A stretch of DNA of 64,000 nt from the human T2T-CHM13v2.0 reference genome, Homo sapiens. Positions 1 through 18,700 of the stretch are shown here, one piece after another; the first letter of the stretch is position 1, and every line of letters begins with the position of its first letter. A program made the position numbers and the translations under genes. Location: NCBI RefSeq assembly GCF_009914755.1, contig NC_060947.1; one strand, written 5' to 3'. Under the pieces are notes generated by a model. That model searched no databases and was not told where the DNA came from. It was given only the letters and a program-made list of their open reading frames with translations.

Positions 1-597
1 GTGATCGTCTAGGAATTAAAATGACAGCTTGGTCACCAAACACTTATGCTACAAGTGAGCTATGAAAATTGCTCCTTCCTCAAATAGGTCATTTTTCCAA
101 TGCTCACTTTTCATATGGCTTACAAAAACAAACAAAAAGAAGTTCTGTGAGGTCACAACCAAAGGCCACAGAGAATTAATGGCTAAGCCTCTTCCAGAGA
201 AAATGGGGCCAAATAAAGGATTATTTTCTGCTCTAGGGTAAGATGCCCTAGAAAGTCTGCCTAGAACTTACAAGTTACTACAGGCCAATGGATGCTATGA
301 CGCCCTTTATTTTCCTTTATAAATGGTAAGCATTATCTATTCCATAGTATATTTTGTTTGTGTGAGTTTCAATTAACTTGCTTTTTTCAGTACATTAATT
401 TCTACATCAAGGTGATTCACAGAAAGTAGTACAACACATCATTCCCATTTAGAGTGACAACTGTGCACCGCTGAGAGATCTTGGACTAATTGATTCTGAG
501 ACTGGGTGGGATTTTGTTTTGTGTGTCTTGGTAAGTGGCAGAGTATAAATTGCGGGAAGGAGAATGAGCCACATATATGTTGATTAGAATAGAGGAC

Positions 598-930
598 TCT
601 GGTAGCCATCAGTGTTCTTCAACAAATATTTTTCACTTCCCTCCTTCCAGGTACCCTTGAAAGTTAGCTGAGGTCTTCTTGTGACTGACTATGGCCAATG
701 CAACAGAAGTAGTAGTAATATATAGAACTCTGGGCCAAAGCTTATCATAACCAATATGCATATCAACGTATATCTTCCCATTGTTTCAGCGATTGAGAAA
801 AAATGAGTTGAAATAAAACCGGCAGCCATGCTCCCTTTGTGACAATGATATGTAGAGATGCTCACAACCCTCTTCCACTGACTCAAACTGGATATGTAGC
901 ATGAGCAAGAAAATAAACACTTCCATTACC
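598..930 (+). mobile_element. MLT1 (I/J-like) MaLR LTR relic
   Basis: Resembles MLT1 consensus at both ends (tggtagccatcagtgttc...; tggatatgtagcatgagcaagaaaataaac); highly diverged, approximate boundaries. Confidence 0.5.
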
Positions 931-1537
931 TTAAAAAAACAAAAAGAAATGAAGCATGTCTACACTTATTAAATACTTAATATTTGCTGTTATTATTATT
1001 ATTATCATAATTGTCAGGATCATCATTCTACCCCAGTTTTCACTGGACTTAAGATTCTCTCTGGATCCTTCCAACTTCTCCTAGTCCTTCCCTAGCCAGA
1101 TGAAAACATATTTTTAGCTACTTAACCATATTCATGGATTGGAGATACCTCCACTCAATCAGAAGTTCTATGCTCAATCCAGAAGGTAAACAATCCCTGA
1201 TTCAGAATAGGACTTACCTCTGTGCTTCTGTAGCTGGTTCCTGTTCACAAACTACCTAAATTTCTGGATTTCTGACTGTCTGGACCTCAGAGAATTTATT
1301 TCTTCTCTGCATCATGCCCCTATGCCTGGATATCAGACCTTTAGCTTACTTTTGACCATGCATAACTCTAGACTCCTTCTCCTTGCCACAGTTCCTTGGT
1401 TTCCAAATATTGGCCCACTTTAACCTTCTGGCAATCACTAATATAGGAGACCTTCTGATTTCCAACCTAGATTGAAATTCTTATTTGGGGTTGTCAATCT
1501 GATAATTCCTATTATAATCTCATGTCTAGGCAGTCTT

Positions 1538-5833
<4,296 letters not shown>

Positions 5834-7892
5834 TAGGCAGTCTTATATCACTGGGTCATGATACTGAAAGACAATAGAATACAGTTCACCCTAAAGAAGC
5901 CAGTTGGTAGCAGCAATTGGAATCACCACTTTCAGTTTCTGATTGTGGTAGCCAAGTCTAGTAATGGTGCCAAACACATGAGCAAAGAACTCACGTGGCA
6001 GCACCAGCCCTGCCAACTATGTGTGACTTTTGAGCCATCCATGTTCAACAATCCATTTTGTACCAGTAAGAAGGCAAGGTTGTGAGTAATTCCACCAAAG
6101 AAACACAGTTTACACTAAATGTCATGCTAGAAGATTTTCAGAGTTGGAAATTCTAGTCTCAGATATGCAAATCAACACAAATGTAAGCACAGGCTAAACC
6201 CGGATGTTCCAATAAGGAGTTTGTTTACTATGATTAATGAATAAATTGAGGAAATGGGGAGTGCCAGCAAGTTTCATGACTCTGACAGTTTATGAGGAGA
6301 AGAAAATCTGAGGTCAGATTTACAACCTGAGAAAAAAATTAACCTTTCAAAAGTCTGCACCTCACACTTTTTCCACAAGATTTCTGGGAAATGAAACTCA
6401 AAACTCAGGCACATTACCTCCTGAACTTATTGGGTATCCACCAAATCATAGTTTCTGGAGAATGTGAGTTTTTTAAGCAGTTACATAAATGAGCAAAGAT
6501 GATGGTGAGAGAGGCAGGAAGAGACATTTGGTATAAAGCCTATATGGCATGTGTGAATTAAAATGGCTCAAACAAACAAGTGACAGGATAGAGGGGAAGA
6601 AACCACTTCCTGCAGACAAAGTGTAATGAGGATTCATGGATAAATGGAGTCAGTTTGAGCCATGTTTGGTTTTTGTCATTAATGTGAGCTTCTTAATGGA
6701 TAATCTTTAAAAATATATGATGAATTTCTACATTGAAATATAACTTGACATAACAGAATATGATTTATATTTTATACATATTGTTTTTCTCCCCAATTGT
6801 ATGATGTCTCAAACACTGGCCAAGTGAAGAGTTAAATGAGAAAACCCAGGCAGGGAACAGAAGGCTATGCTCCCTGGCAGTGTGATGGTGAGGGTGCCCC
6901 CAAATGGAGATCCTGATAAGCAGGCTGAGAGTGAGTGCCCTGAAATTTTTAGAGTATGTTCTAAGGGGTATCAAAAAATAAGCTTCAACAACCCTATCCA
7001 AAATATCTCCACTTTTTGCTGCTGCCTAAATATCTCAAAATTCAAGACTAATTACCTGTACTGTCCCTCTTGTAAAAGCTATCATGATTATAATTGTTCA
7101 TTGTTCATCCCCCCTACTAGATTGTAAACACTATAAAAATGGAGACCATGCTTGGGTGCCAAATGATACTGATCTGTGAACTTCATTGGATTAAGTCACT
7201 ATTAAAAATCAAATACTCCTCTTAGTATTTGTTATTTACACATTTAAGGGATAATCCACCCCAAATTTCTGTTAGTTGTTTACAGCACAATGTGAACACC
7301 TTTCTATTAAAAGCAAGTTATGATTCGGGAGCAGGGGTTGCGTGGGGGCAAGATGTAACATATTGGTACTAGGCAGGTGAGGCAGAAAACTGATGCCACA
7401 AAGAACCTGGAGAAAACTGCCATTTTTCTAAGTTAAGTCTGGCACCAACAGACTACTTCAGGTGCCTCAAATATTGCCTCCCTGACAGTCTCTATTACCT
7501 CACAGAACAACCCCATCTTTCCCTAAAGTGAGCATTCTTCCCGCTCCATTACCAGATACTGCATTTGTTATCTTATTTGTTACACTCTATGGAAGTTTTT
7601 TAACAACAGCCAGCTCAAAATTCGCATCTGCATGAAAGTAATTCATCATCTTATATTTCCTTCTATCTAGATTGAGGATTTGTTCCATGCTTTTTCCCTT
7701 AAAATTCTCCCCATGGGTCAACTTTCTCCCAATGAGTTGATTTGTATTTATCAAAAATGCATTTAAAATCACAGCATCACATAGAAGAAAACTAGAGTGT
7801 AATGATGCCACTTCCTATTAATCTGTAACTAGGGGCTGTTTCAGTCAAAGCCTAGGTACACTCTCTGTGTGAATATGAATTCATTTGCCAGC

Positions 7893-7920
7893 TGTGTGTG
7901 TTTGTGTGTGTGTGTGTGTT
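7893..7920. repeat. (TG)n microsatellite, interrupted
   Basis: tgtgtgtgtttgtgtgtgtgtgtgtgt. Confidence 0.85.
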
Positions 7921-7945
7921 CTCTCACCATTGCTGAAAATACACC

Positions 7946-8161
7946 AGTGATTCTCAAATATGTGTGGTTGGAGAAATGATACATAGCAGAATTCCCTGAG
8001 GGGCTTTTTCAAACTATACATACTCCCTGGAAGATTCTATAACTTCCCTCATACTGACCCCCTCCTCCTCCATGTTTAAAATCGCCACAAGGTAATGAGT
8101 GGTATTACTGATAGGTATCAATTTCACAATGTGAAGGCAGAAAACAAGTTGAGAACCACTA
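7946..8161. mobile_element. hAT-Charlie-type non-autonomous DNA transposon relic
   Basis: Inverted termini cagtgattctcaa ... ttgagaaccacta resemble MER5/Charlie TIRs. Confidence 0.45.
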
Positions 8162-8369
8162 TATTAAGCTCAAGATTAATAACTGAGTGCTTCCCACTCC
8201 TGTCCCATCAGTTTTACAAATCCACTCCATTAGAAATCACAATGGAAATTGCATTATCAGACCCATTAAAAACTGCCTCAGGAAAAACAATTAATCAAAA
8301 TTCACATCTTCTATAAATTATGTACAGTTTAGATTTTTCTGAATTTTTCCCATACTGTCTTCACTTTCT

Positions 8370-9360
<991 letters not shown>

Positions 9361-9829
9361 AAGCAGGAAAAAAATGCACATATATTCCAAATCAAGAAAC
9401 AGCCCCCATTTCATTTAATGTAATCACATACCTTTAAGTTCAGAATAATCAGTAACTCTACTGTCACCAAGACGTCACCACATTCTATCAATAATTCCTG
9501 AATGTCTCTTAAAATCTTTCCAAACCCACCACAACTCTCCCAGATGAGACTTTTGTCCCAGCAAACATGACTAATAATGCAATAGCCTCCTAACTAATCT
9601 TCCTGATCCTGTTCTTTCTTTCCTTCTAGTAGCCACTCCTCCCAATGTCAAACTTGTTTTCTTGAAACCCTAGCATTCCCTTTCTCCAATAGTAGCTTCT
9701 CACTGACAGCATGATAAAGTCAAACTCCTAAACTAGATACGTAAGTTCTAGCCTACAATCTCAACTCATATTGATATGAAACCTCCCCATTCAAGTCTTG
9801 CCCAAAAGGCAAGAATATTTATTAGAGAG

Positions 9830-10760
9830 TTCAAAGATTCATAGTGTATAAAACATCTATATGTCAAAAAAAAATCAGATCATCAGTAGACAAAAACAAA
9901 TTGAAAAATGTATTTTCAACATATACAACAGAAAATTAAAGTTCTGCAATGTACAAAGCGATCACAAAAGCCATCAGTTCAATAGACGAATGCTCAACAG
10001 AAATGCTCAAGTTTGCTGAAAAAGTAATAAAAATGGCACATAAATATGTAAGATGCTACTTCGTTCATAAATAAATACAAATTAAAACAATGAGATAGTA
10101 TACTTCACATATCAAACTGGCAAACAGTAAAACTTAGAATACATGTGTTGGGAAAAGTGTGGCTAAAAAGTAACTTGCATAAACAATTGCTGAGAATATA
10201 TATGATTATACCCTATGCACAGGTAAATATGACAATACCTAACAAAATCAAAATCACCCATACTTGTAGACCTGGAAATTGCACTTCAAAGGATTCTCTT
10301 CTACAGAAATCACCCACAGTAAAGTACAAAACTAAAAATACAAACATGTTTTAGCAGCACTGTTGATAATAGTAATAAACTCACCAAAAATATCTAAATA
10401 TCTACCAATGAAGGGATTAGTTCAATAACTTATCATATAGCCATACAAAAAATTCTATAAAGTTGCTTAAAAGATTTATTTTTATATATATGTAAATATA
10501 TATATTTACATGATTCAGCTGACAATTTTTTGAAGAAAAAAAGAAAAATATATATAGACATGAAAATGTGTCCACAATGTTTTTAAATGAAGTTGCACAG
10601 CATTATATATGTGACAATCTTTATGAAAATTCTATATGCATATAATATATATGCATATATAAAATGTATGCGTGTAATGTATGTATGCAATGTATGTATG
10701 CATGTAAGTGCTATTCATTTTTAACATGTGTTTTTACTTTATAACTAAAAAAGTTAACTT
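9830..10760 (+). mobile_element. Old L1M(E)-type 3' fragment
   Basis: Diverged ORF2 C-terminal/3'UTR motifs (aaatacaaattaaaacaatgagatag; agcagcactgttgataatag). Confidence 0.65.
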
Positions 10761-10867
10761 TGTTTCTTCTTCAAGGTTCAGCAAAAGCTAGACCCTCCAC
10801 GATGTTTTCCTAATCACTTCAACTGCAAGTAAACTCATCATCCCCTTGAATTCTAATGGAACATATA

Positions 10868-11217
10868 CAGGTTTAGTATCCCTTATTAGAACTGCTTGGG
10901 ATCAGAAGTATTTCAAATTGTGAAGTTTTTTGGATTTTGGAATGTTTGCATATACCTAATGAGATATCTTGGGGATTGGACCCAAGTCTAAACACAAAAA
11001 TCATTTATGTTTCATATATACCTTATACACATAGCCTGAGGATAATTCTGCAGAATATTTTTAGTAATGCTATATATGAAACAAAGTTTTGACTGCAATT
11101 CATCACATGAGGTCAGGTATGGAATTTTCCACTTGTAGGGTCACATTAGCACTCAAAAAGTTTCAGGTTTTGAAGCATTTTGGATTTCAGATTTTCACAT
11201 TGGGGATGCTCAACCTA
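10868..11217. mobile_element. Tigger4/MER46-type MITE
   Basis: TIRs caggtttagtatccc / gggatgctcaacct, TA at the left flank, ~350 bp. Confidence 0.8.
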
Positions 11218-11260
11218 TGTCTATACCATTTACTTAACACTTAAAACATTCTGTAATGTG

Positions 11261-11388
11261 GGCCAGACGTGGTGGCTCACACCTGTAATCCCAGCACTTT
11301 GGGATGCCGAGGCAGGAGGACTGCTTGAACTCAGGAGTTCAAAACCAGCCTGGGCAACACAGCGAGACCCTGTCTCTAGTAAGAATAA
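11261..11388 (+). mobile_element. FLAM_C / free left Alu monomer
   Basis: Single left monomer; degenerate TSD cattctgtaatgtg / aattctctaatgtg. Confidence 0.85.
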
Positions 11389-12079
11389 AGAATTCTCTAA
11401 TGTGGTAATTTTATGCATATATCTAAGCTCTGTAACTAGATTATAAACCTAAAGGCACAGAACTATGTGTCAGTCCTTTTTATATGTCCAAGAGCATCTT
11501 AGAGTATCATCTTCTATAGATAATGTGCTCAACAGATTTATATTTTAATGTGATACTTTCTTTATAAAGCAAACCCTTTCATATCATGTATTCCCCCTCC
11601 TCCACCATTCCCAATCCCGTGAGGTAACCAATGTTGAACAGTCTATTGTGAATTCAACACCTTCTCCTTGTTCTTAAAAATTTACAAGCTTAGAGATACA
11701 TATCTAAGTGTTTTTTGTTGAGCAAGAAACCTGCTTTCTTCAACAATATGTCAAAATGACTTCCTCTTAAGACGTACCTAGATATAACATGAGGTCAAAA
11801 AATATGCTTCAGACTATAAAACACATATTTCCATGTATTATATTAGAAAAAGTAATATTATTGTTAGTCCTATTCTATAACCCTAGCATCACAATGAAGG
11901 CTCACTCAGATAAAACAGGCAGTAAAACCATCAATCACCAGCCATCTTACTAAACTATAAGGTTAATCAGTTACTCTCTAGTTAAAATCTTTCAAAGGCT
12001 TCAAGCTCCACAATCTGGGATACTCTAAAACATATCCAAATTTTCTCAGCTACTTTTTAAACATGACAAGGAAACAAGG

Positions 12080-12255
12080 CAATGCTGTGTGTTAGAAAAC
12101 ACCTGGACTAGGAGTCTTAAGACCAGGATTCTAATCTCTCTCAGCTGCTAGGTAACAATAAGCATTTAGACAAACTCCTTTCTAACACTACTCCCTCTTG
12201 TGTAAAATGATGGAGTTAGGCTTTATGAACTAAAGATTGTTTCAGCTTTGGTATT
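12080..12255 (+). mobile_element. MIR fragment
   Basis: ctggactaggagtc...ggattctaatc...tgtaaaatga MIR core. Confidence 0.6.
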
Positions 12256-12945
12256 CTAACCCATGTTTTTAACTTCCATATCCGGTAAATTCGTGGGAAA
12301 AAGTTTGATGGTACTCAATGAGCTTGGTTTATCACGCACATAGCATGGCTCTGTGTTTTCTACACATCATCTGCTTCCCTCTTCAGGAAAGACAGAGAAA
12401 AGGCCAGCTCATCCTATAACCTAATCTTCAGGTTATTCATTGTCTTGTCTTTCTAATTCCCTTTCACCTTTCTATACCTTCAATATGGAACCATTTCTTT
12501 CAGCTCTTTTGGTTACTAAGAAAATCTCTGTGTCTCAGATTCACTCACTCTTCAGTTTTCAGTTCCACAAAGCCCATGATTCCTCATTTAAAGGTACTTG
12601 TCTGGGCTTTAGGGAGTCTTTGAATCCTCTGACACTGTAGACAAAATTTTACAGGCAGATATACATGTGTATCTTTCTAGGGAAAGCATCTTCACTTTCA
12701 ATATATTTCCATAGGAATCTGGTACCCCAAAATGATTGAGAATCTCAAGTCCTAAACTCTATCCTGAGAAATTTCCTACACCTCTTTTGTTCTGAACACA
12801 CAGTTCAGTCTCAGTCTTGTTTTGTGAGCTCCAACAACCATCCTCAACCCTTCTTGCTTTTGTTTGTCTGTTTTTTCTCTCTCCCTAGTAGACTGACAAC
12901 CCGGGCCAACTCATCTGAATCAGTATATCTAGATCTAGGGTTCTT

Positions 12946-13215
12946 TTTTTTTTTTTCTTTTTGAGACAGAGTCTCGCCCTGTCACCCAGGCTGGAATGCA
13001 ATGGTGCAATCTCGGCTCACCGCAACCTCCAACCTCTGGGTTCAAGCAATTCTCCTGCCTCAGGCTCTGGAGTAGCTGGGATTACAGGTGCCTACCACCA
13101 TGCCTGGGTAATTTTTTGTATCTTTAGTAGAGATGGGGTTTCACCATGTTGGCCAGGATGGTCTTGAACTCCTGACCTTGTGATCTGCCCACCTCATGAG
13201 CCACTGTGCCTGGCC
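12946..13215 (-). mobile_element. AluS with ~30-bp deletion in the left arm
   Basis: Poly-T then Alu; lacks ggcctcccaaagtgctgggattacaggc near 13195; TSD ctagggttctt at 12935-12945 and 13216-13226. Confidence 0.93.
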
Positions 13216-13420
13216 CTAGGGTTCTTCTTAAATTTGCTGCGTCCTTTGCTTCTACAGCCCAGGACATTTAACAGTCCTATTTATTATACTCGACATTTGT
13301 CTACCAACTTCCCATATCGTGATTTCCCAACTTCTCATTCCATTTAGTGTCCCACATTTCTGAATCACAATCTCTAATTAAACTGCCCATAAAATAAAAG
13401 CACATTACATTTATAATTCA

Positions 13421-13690
13421 ATAATAATAGCGACAATAATAATAGTTAAAATTTATTGAGTGCTTTCTATATGTTAAGTTATATGCAAGGTATTTTACCC
13501 ACATTATCAAATATACTTTTCACAATAATTCTATGAGGTTACTACTATTATTATTTCCATTTTATAGCTGAGGAAACTGAGGAACAGACATTAAGTAACT
13601 TGTCCAAGGCCACATAGCTATTAAGTAACAAAGTCAAGACTTGCATTTAAGTCTGTTAACCTCAAAGCCCATGTTCTTAACCACTGTTAT
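13421..13690 (-). mobile_element. MIR, near full length
   Basis: cattttatagctgaggaaactgagg...aagtaacttgtccaaggccacatagct core. Confidence 0.85.
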
Positions 13691-13814
13691 ACATTTCCTT
13701 TTTTCATTTAATTTCTCAGGTCTCCATTTTAGTCATCCAGATAGATTTCATGACTGAGACTGACTTCCTCTGTGGACTACAAGGTAATTATTTAATCCTG
13801 TAAAATATTGTAAA

Positions 13815-13995
13815 GACATGATATGACACAAGAATACTACCAATAGGTATATATGCAAAAATAATGAGTATATACACCATGAAAAGAGTTCTACATGAAT
13901 ATTCATAGCAGGTATATTTACAATAGTGAAAAATCACAGATAACTGAAGTGTCCAACAACACATGAATGGATAAAAAAATTGTATTCTTTAATAA
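13815..13995 (+). mobile_element. L1M 3'UTR fragment
   Basis: gaatattcatagcag...gtgtccaacaacacatgaatggataaaaaaattgt. Confidence 0.6.
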
Positions 13996-14152
13996 ACAAT
14001 TGTATATGTTATACATTACATGTTATAATTATATTGTATAGTATATAATACATAATTATATATAACTATATTATATATAATTATGTATTATATATTGTAA
14101 TATATAACTATATATAATTATATAATTTATATTGTTTGTGTGTATATATATA
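13996..14152. repeat. AT-rich low-complexity tract
   Basis: tatataattata-type degenerate repeats. Confidence 0.8.
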
Positions 14153-15740
14153 TCCCTTCAAGCATTTATCTTTTGTGTTACAAATAATCCAACTACATTC
14201 TTTCCATTATTTTAAAATGTACAATTAAGTTATTATTGACTATACTCACCTTATTAAAATAGTAAAATAGTAGGTCTTATTCATTCTTTCTAACTATTTT
14301 TGGTACCCATTAACCACCCCTACCACCCACCCGAGGCCCCCAGTTCCCTTTCCAGCCTCTGGTAATCATCCTTCTACTCTCTATGTTCATGAATCTAGTT
14401 GTTTTCATTTTTAGATGCCACAAATAAGTGAGAACATGTGATGTTTGTCTTTCTTTGCCTGGCCTATTTCACTTAACATAATTATCTCCAGTTCCATTCA
14501 TGTTTTTGCAAATGAATGAATCTTATTATTTGTTATGGCTGAATACTACTCCATTTTGTATATGTACCACATTTTCTTTATCTATTCATCTGTTGAGGGA
14601 CACTTAGGTTGCTTCAAATCTTAGCTATTGTAAACAGTGCTGCAAAAAACATAGGAGTGCAGATATCCCTTCCATATAATGATTAATTTTCTTTTGGGTA
14701 TATGCCCAGCAGTGGGGCAGCTGGATCATATGGTAGCTCTATTTTTAGTCTTTTGAGGAACCTCTGAACTGTTCTCCATAGTGGCTGTATTAATATACAT
14801 TCCCACCAACAGTGTACAAGGTTTCCTTTTTCTCCACATCCTTGCGAGCATATATTATTGCCTGTCTTTTGGATATAAGCCATTTTAACTGGGGTGAGAT
14901 GATATGTCTTTGTAGTTTTGAATTGCATTTATCTGATGATCAATGATGTTGAGCACTTTGGCATATGCCTGTTTGCCATTTGTCTTCTTTTGAGAAATTT
15001 CTATTCAAACATTTCACCCATTTTTAAATTGGATTATTATTTTTTTCCTATAGAATTGTTGGAGCTTCTTTTATATTCTAGTTATTAATCCCTTGTCAGA
15101 TGGGTAGTTTGCAAATATCTTCTCACATTCTGTGGGTTGTCACTTCACTTTGCTGATTGTACCCTTTGCTATCCAGAAGCTTTTTAACTTGATGTGATCC
15201 CATTTGTCCATGTTTGCTTTAGTTGCCTGTGTTTGTGGGATATTCCTCAAGAAATCTTTGCCAAGACCAATGTCCTAGAAATTTTTCCTAATGTTTTCTT
15301 GCACTAGTTTCATAGTTTGAGGTTTTAGATTTAAGTTTTTAATCCATGTTGATTTGATTTTTGTATATGGTGAGAGTTAGGGGTCTATTTTCATTCTTTT
15401 GCATATTGATATCCAGTTTTCCAAGCACCATTTATTGAAGAGACTGTCTTTTCCCCAGTATATGTTCTTGGACGCTTTGTTGAAAATGAATTCACTGTAG
15501 TTATGTGGATTTGTTTCTGGATTATCCATTCTGTTCTGTTGGTCTATGTGTCTATTGCTATGCCAGTACCTTGCTGTTTTGGTTACTACAGCTCTCTAGT
15601 ATAATTTTTAATCAGGTAATCAGATTCCTCCAGTTTCATTTCTTTTGCTTAGGATAACTCTGGCTATTCTGGGTCTTTGCAATTCCATATAAATTTTAGA
15701 ATTTTTTTTTCTATTTCTGTGAAGAATATTGTTGGTATTT

Positions 15741-18700
15741 TTATTATAATTTATTATTTTTAAATTTTAAAAAATATTTCAATAGCTTTGGGGTACTGGT
15801 CATTTCTAGTTACATGAGTGACTTCCATAGTGGTGAATGCTGAGATTTTAGTTCACATGTCACCCAAGCAGTGTACACTGTACCCAATATATAGCATTTT
15901 TTTATTCTTCACCCGGTTCCCAACCTCCCCCACATCAAGTCTCCAAGCTCCATTATATCACTCTGTATGTCTTTGTGTACTAATAGCTTAGCTTCTACTT
16001 ATAAGTGGGAACTAAGTAACTCAGAAATAGAAAACCAAATACTGTATGTTCTCATATGAGAACAGCTCCATCCAATTTCCTAACAAAGATACTATTTTGT
16101 TTCTTTTTTTGGCTATTATTCCATGGTGTATATACTCCACATTTTCTTTGTCCACTCTTACTGGCTGGTGGGCAGTTAGGTTGGTTCCATGTCTTTGCAA
16201 TTGCAAATTTTGCTGCTATAAACATGCTTATGTGTGTGTGTGTTTTTCATATAATAGGTTTTTTCCCTTTGGGTAGATACCCAGCCATGGGATTGCTGGA
16301 TCAAATGGTAGATCTACTTTCAGCTATTTAAGGAATCTCCATGCTGTTTTCCATAGTGATTGTACTAATTTACATTCCCACCAGCAGTGTAAAAGTGTTC
16401 CCTTTTCACCACATCCACTCCAACATCTATCGTACTTTGACTTTTTAATTGTGGCCATTCTTGCAGAAGTAAGGTGGTATGTCACTGTAATTTTAATTTG
16501 CATATCTCTGATGATTAGTGATGTTGAGCATATTTTCATTTGTTTGTTCACTGTTTGTATATCTTCTTTTAGTAAATGTCTAGTCACGACTTTTGCCCAC
16601 TTTTTGATGGGATGATTATTATTATTATTTGCTAATTTGTTTGAGTTCCTGGTAGATTCTGGATAATAGTAATTTCTCTGATGCAAAGTTTGCAAATATT
16701 TTCTCTCACTCTGTGGGTTGTCTGGTTACTCTGCTGATTATTTCTTTTGCTATGCAGAAACCTTTTCAGTTTAATTAGCTTCCCTTATTTATTTTTGTTC
16801 TTCTTGTATTTGCTTTTGAGGTCTCAGTTATGAATTCTTTGCCTAGGCCAATGTCCAGAAGAGATTTTCCGATGTTATCTTCTAGAATTTTTATGGTTTC
16901 CAATCTTAGATTTAAGTTTTTAATCCACCTTGAATAGATTTTTATAGAAGGTAACAGATGAGGATCTAGTTTCATTCTTCTACATCTGGCTTTTCAGTTT
17001 TCCCAGCATCATGTATTGAATAGGGTGTTCTTTCCCCAATTTATGTTTTTGTATGCTTTGTCAAAGATTTGTTGTATTTGGCTTTATTTCTGGGTTATCT
17101 ATTGTGTTCCATTGTTCTAAGTGCCTATTTTTATACAAGTACCATGCTGCTTTGTTAACTATAGCTTTGTAGTATAATTTGAAGTCTTGTAATGTAATGC
17201 CTCCAGATTTTTTTCTGTTTAGTATTGCTTTGGCTATGAGGGCTCTTTATTGGTTCCATATGAATTCTAGAATTGTTTTTTCTATTTCTGTGAAAAATGA
17301 TGGTGGTATTTTGATGGGAATTGCACCAAATCTGTAGATTACTTTGGGCAGTATGTTGATTTTCACAATATTGATTCTTCCTATTCATGAGCATGGGATC
17401 TGTTTCCATTTGTTTGTGTCATCTATGATTTCTTTCAGCAGTGATTTGTCATTTTCCTGGTAGAGATCTTTCACCTTCTTGGTCAAGTATATGCCTAAGT
17501 ATTTTATTGTTTGCAGCTGTTGTAAAAGGGATTGAGTTCCCGATGTGTTTCTCAGCTTGGTTGTTCCTGGTGTGTAGCAGTATGTACATTGATTTTTTAT
17601 CCTGAGACTTCACTGAATTTTCTTATCAGACCTAGGAACTTTTTGGGTGAGTCTTTAGGGTTTTCTAGGTATATGATCGCATCATCAATGAACAGTGCCA
17701 GTTTGACTTCCTTTTCCAATTTGGATGTCCTTTATTTTTTTCTCTTGCCTAATTGCTCTGGCTAGGACTTCCAGTACTATGTTGAATAGAAGTGGTTAAA
17801 GTAGTCCAGTTCTCAGAAGGAATGCTTTCAACTTTTTCCCATTTAGTATGATATTGGCTGTGGGTTTGTCCTATACAGCTTATTGTTAATTTGAAGTAAG
17901 TCCATTCTACACTTAGTTTGTTGAAGGTTTTTATCATAATGGGATGCTGGGTTTTGTCAAGTGCTTTTTCTGCATCTATCAATATGGTCATAAGGTTTTT
18001 CTTTTTAATTCTGTTTATGCTACATATCACATTTACTGACTTGTGTATGTTAAACCATTCCTGCATTTCTGGGATGAAATCCACTTGCTCTGTTAGAATT
18101 GGTTACCTCGTATTCTGTTGAGAATTTTTTCATCTATGTTCATCACGAATATTGGTCTGTAGTTTTCTTTTTTTGTGGTGTCCTTTCCTGATTTTGATAT
18201 TAGGATGGTACTGCCTTCATACAATGAGTTAGGGAGAATTCCCTCTTTATATTTTGGAATAGTTTCAGTAGGATTGGTAACAGTTCTTATTTGAATGTCT
18301 GGTAGAATTCAGCTGTGAATCCATCTGTCTTGAGCTGTATTTGTTGGCAATTTTTTTATTACTAATTGTGCTGCTTCTTATTGGTCTGTTCAGGGTTTCT
18401 ATTTCTTCCCAACTTAATCTAAGAGGGTTGTATGTTTCCAGGAATTTGTCCATTACCTCTAGATTTTCTAGTTTGTCCATGTAAAGGTGTTCACAGTAGC
18501 CTTGAGTAATCTTTTGGATTTCTGTGGCATTGGTTGTAATGTCTCCAGTTTCATTTCTAACTGAACTTATTTTGATCTTCAATTTTCTATTCTTGATTAA
18601 TCTCATTAATTGTTTATCAGTTCTTTTTATCTTTTCAAAAAACCAACTTTTTCTTTTACTTATCTTTTGTATTTTTGGTTGTTTCAATTTCATTTAGTTC

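Noticed and set aside
1212-1220. Perfect minus-strand splice donor GAG|gtaagt
   Set aside because: No convincing paired acceptor or recognisable reading frame; isolated donors are common by chance.
5858-7811. Short ORFs in unique DNA (75-86 aa)
   Set aside because: No recognisable domain, coding bias or consistent splice-site pairs.
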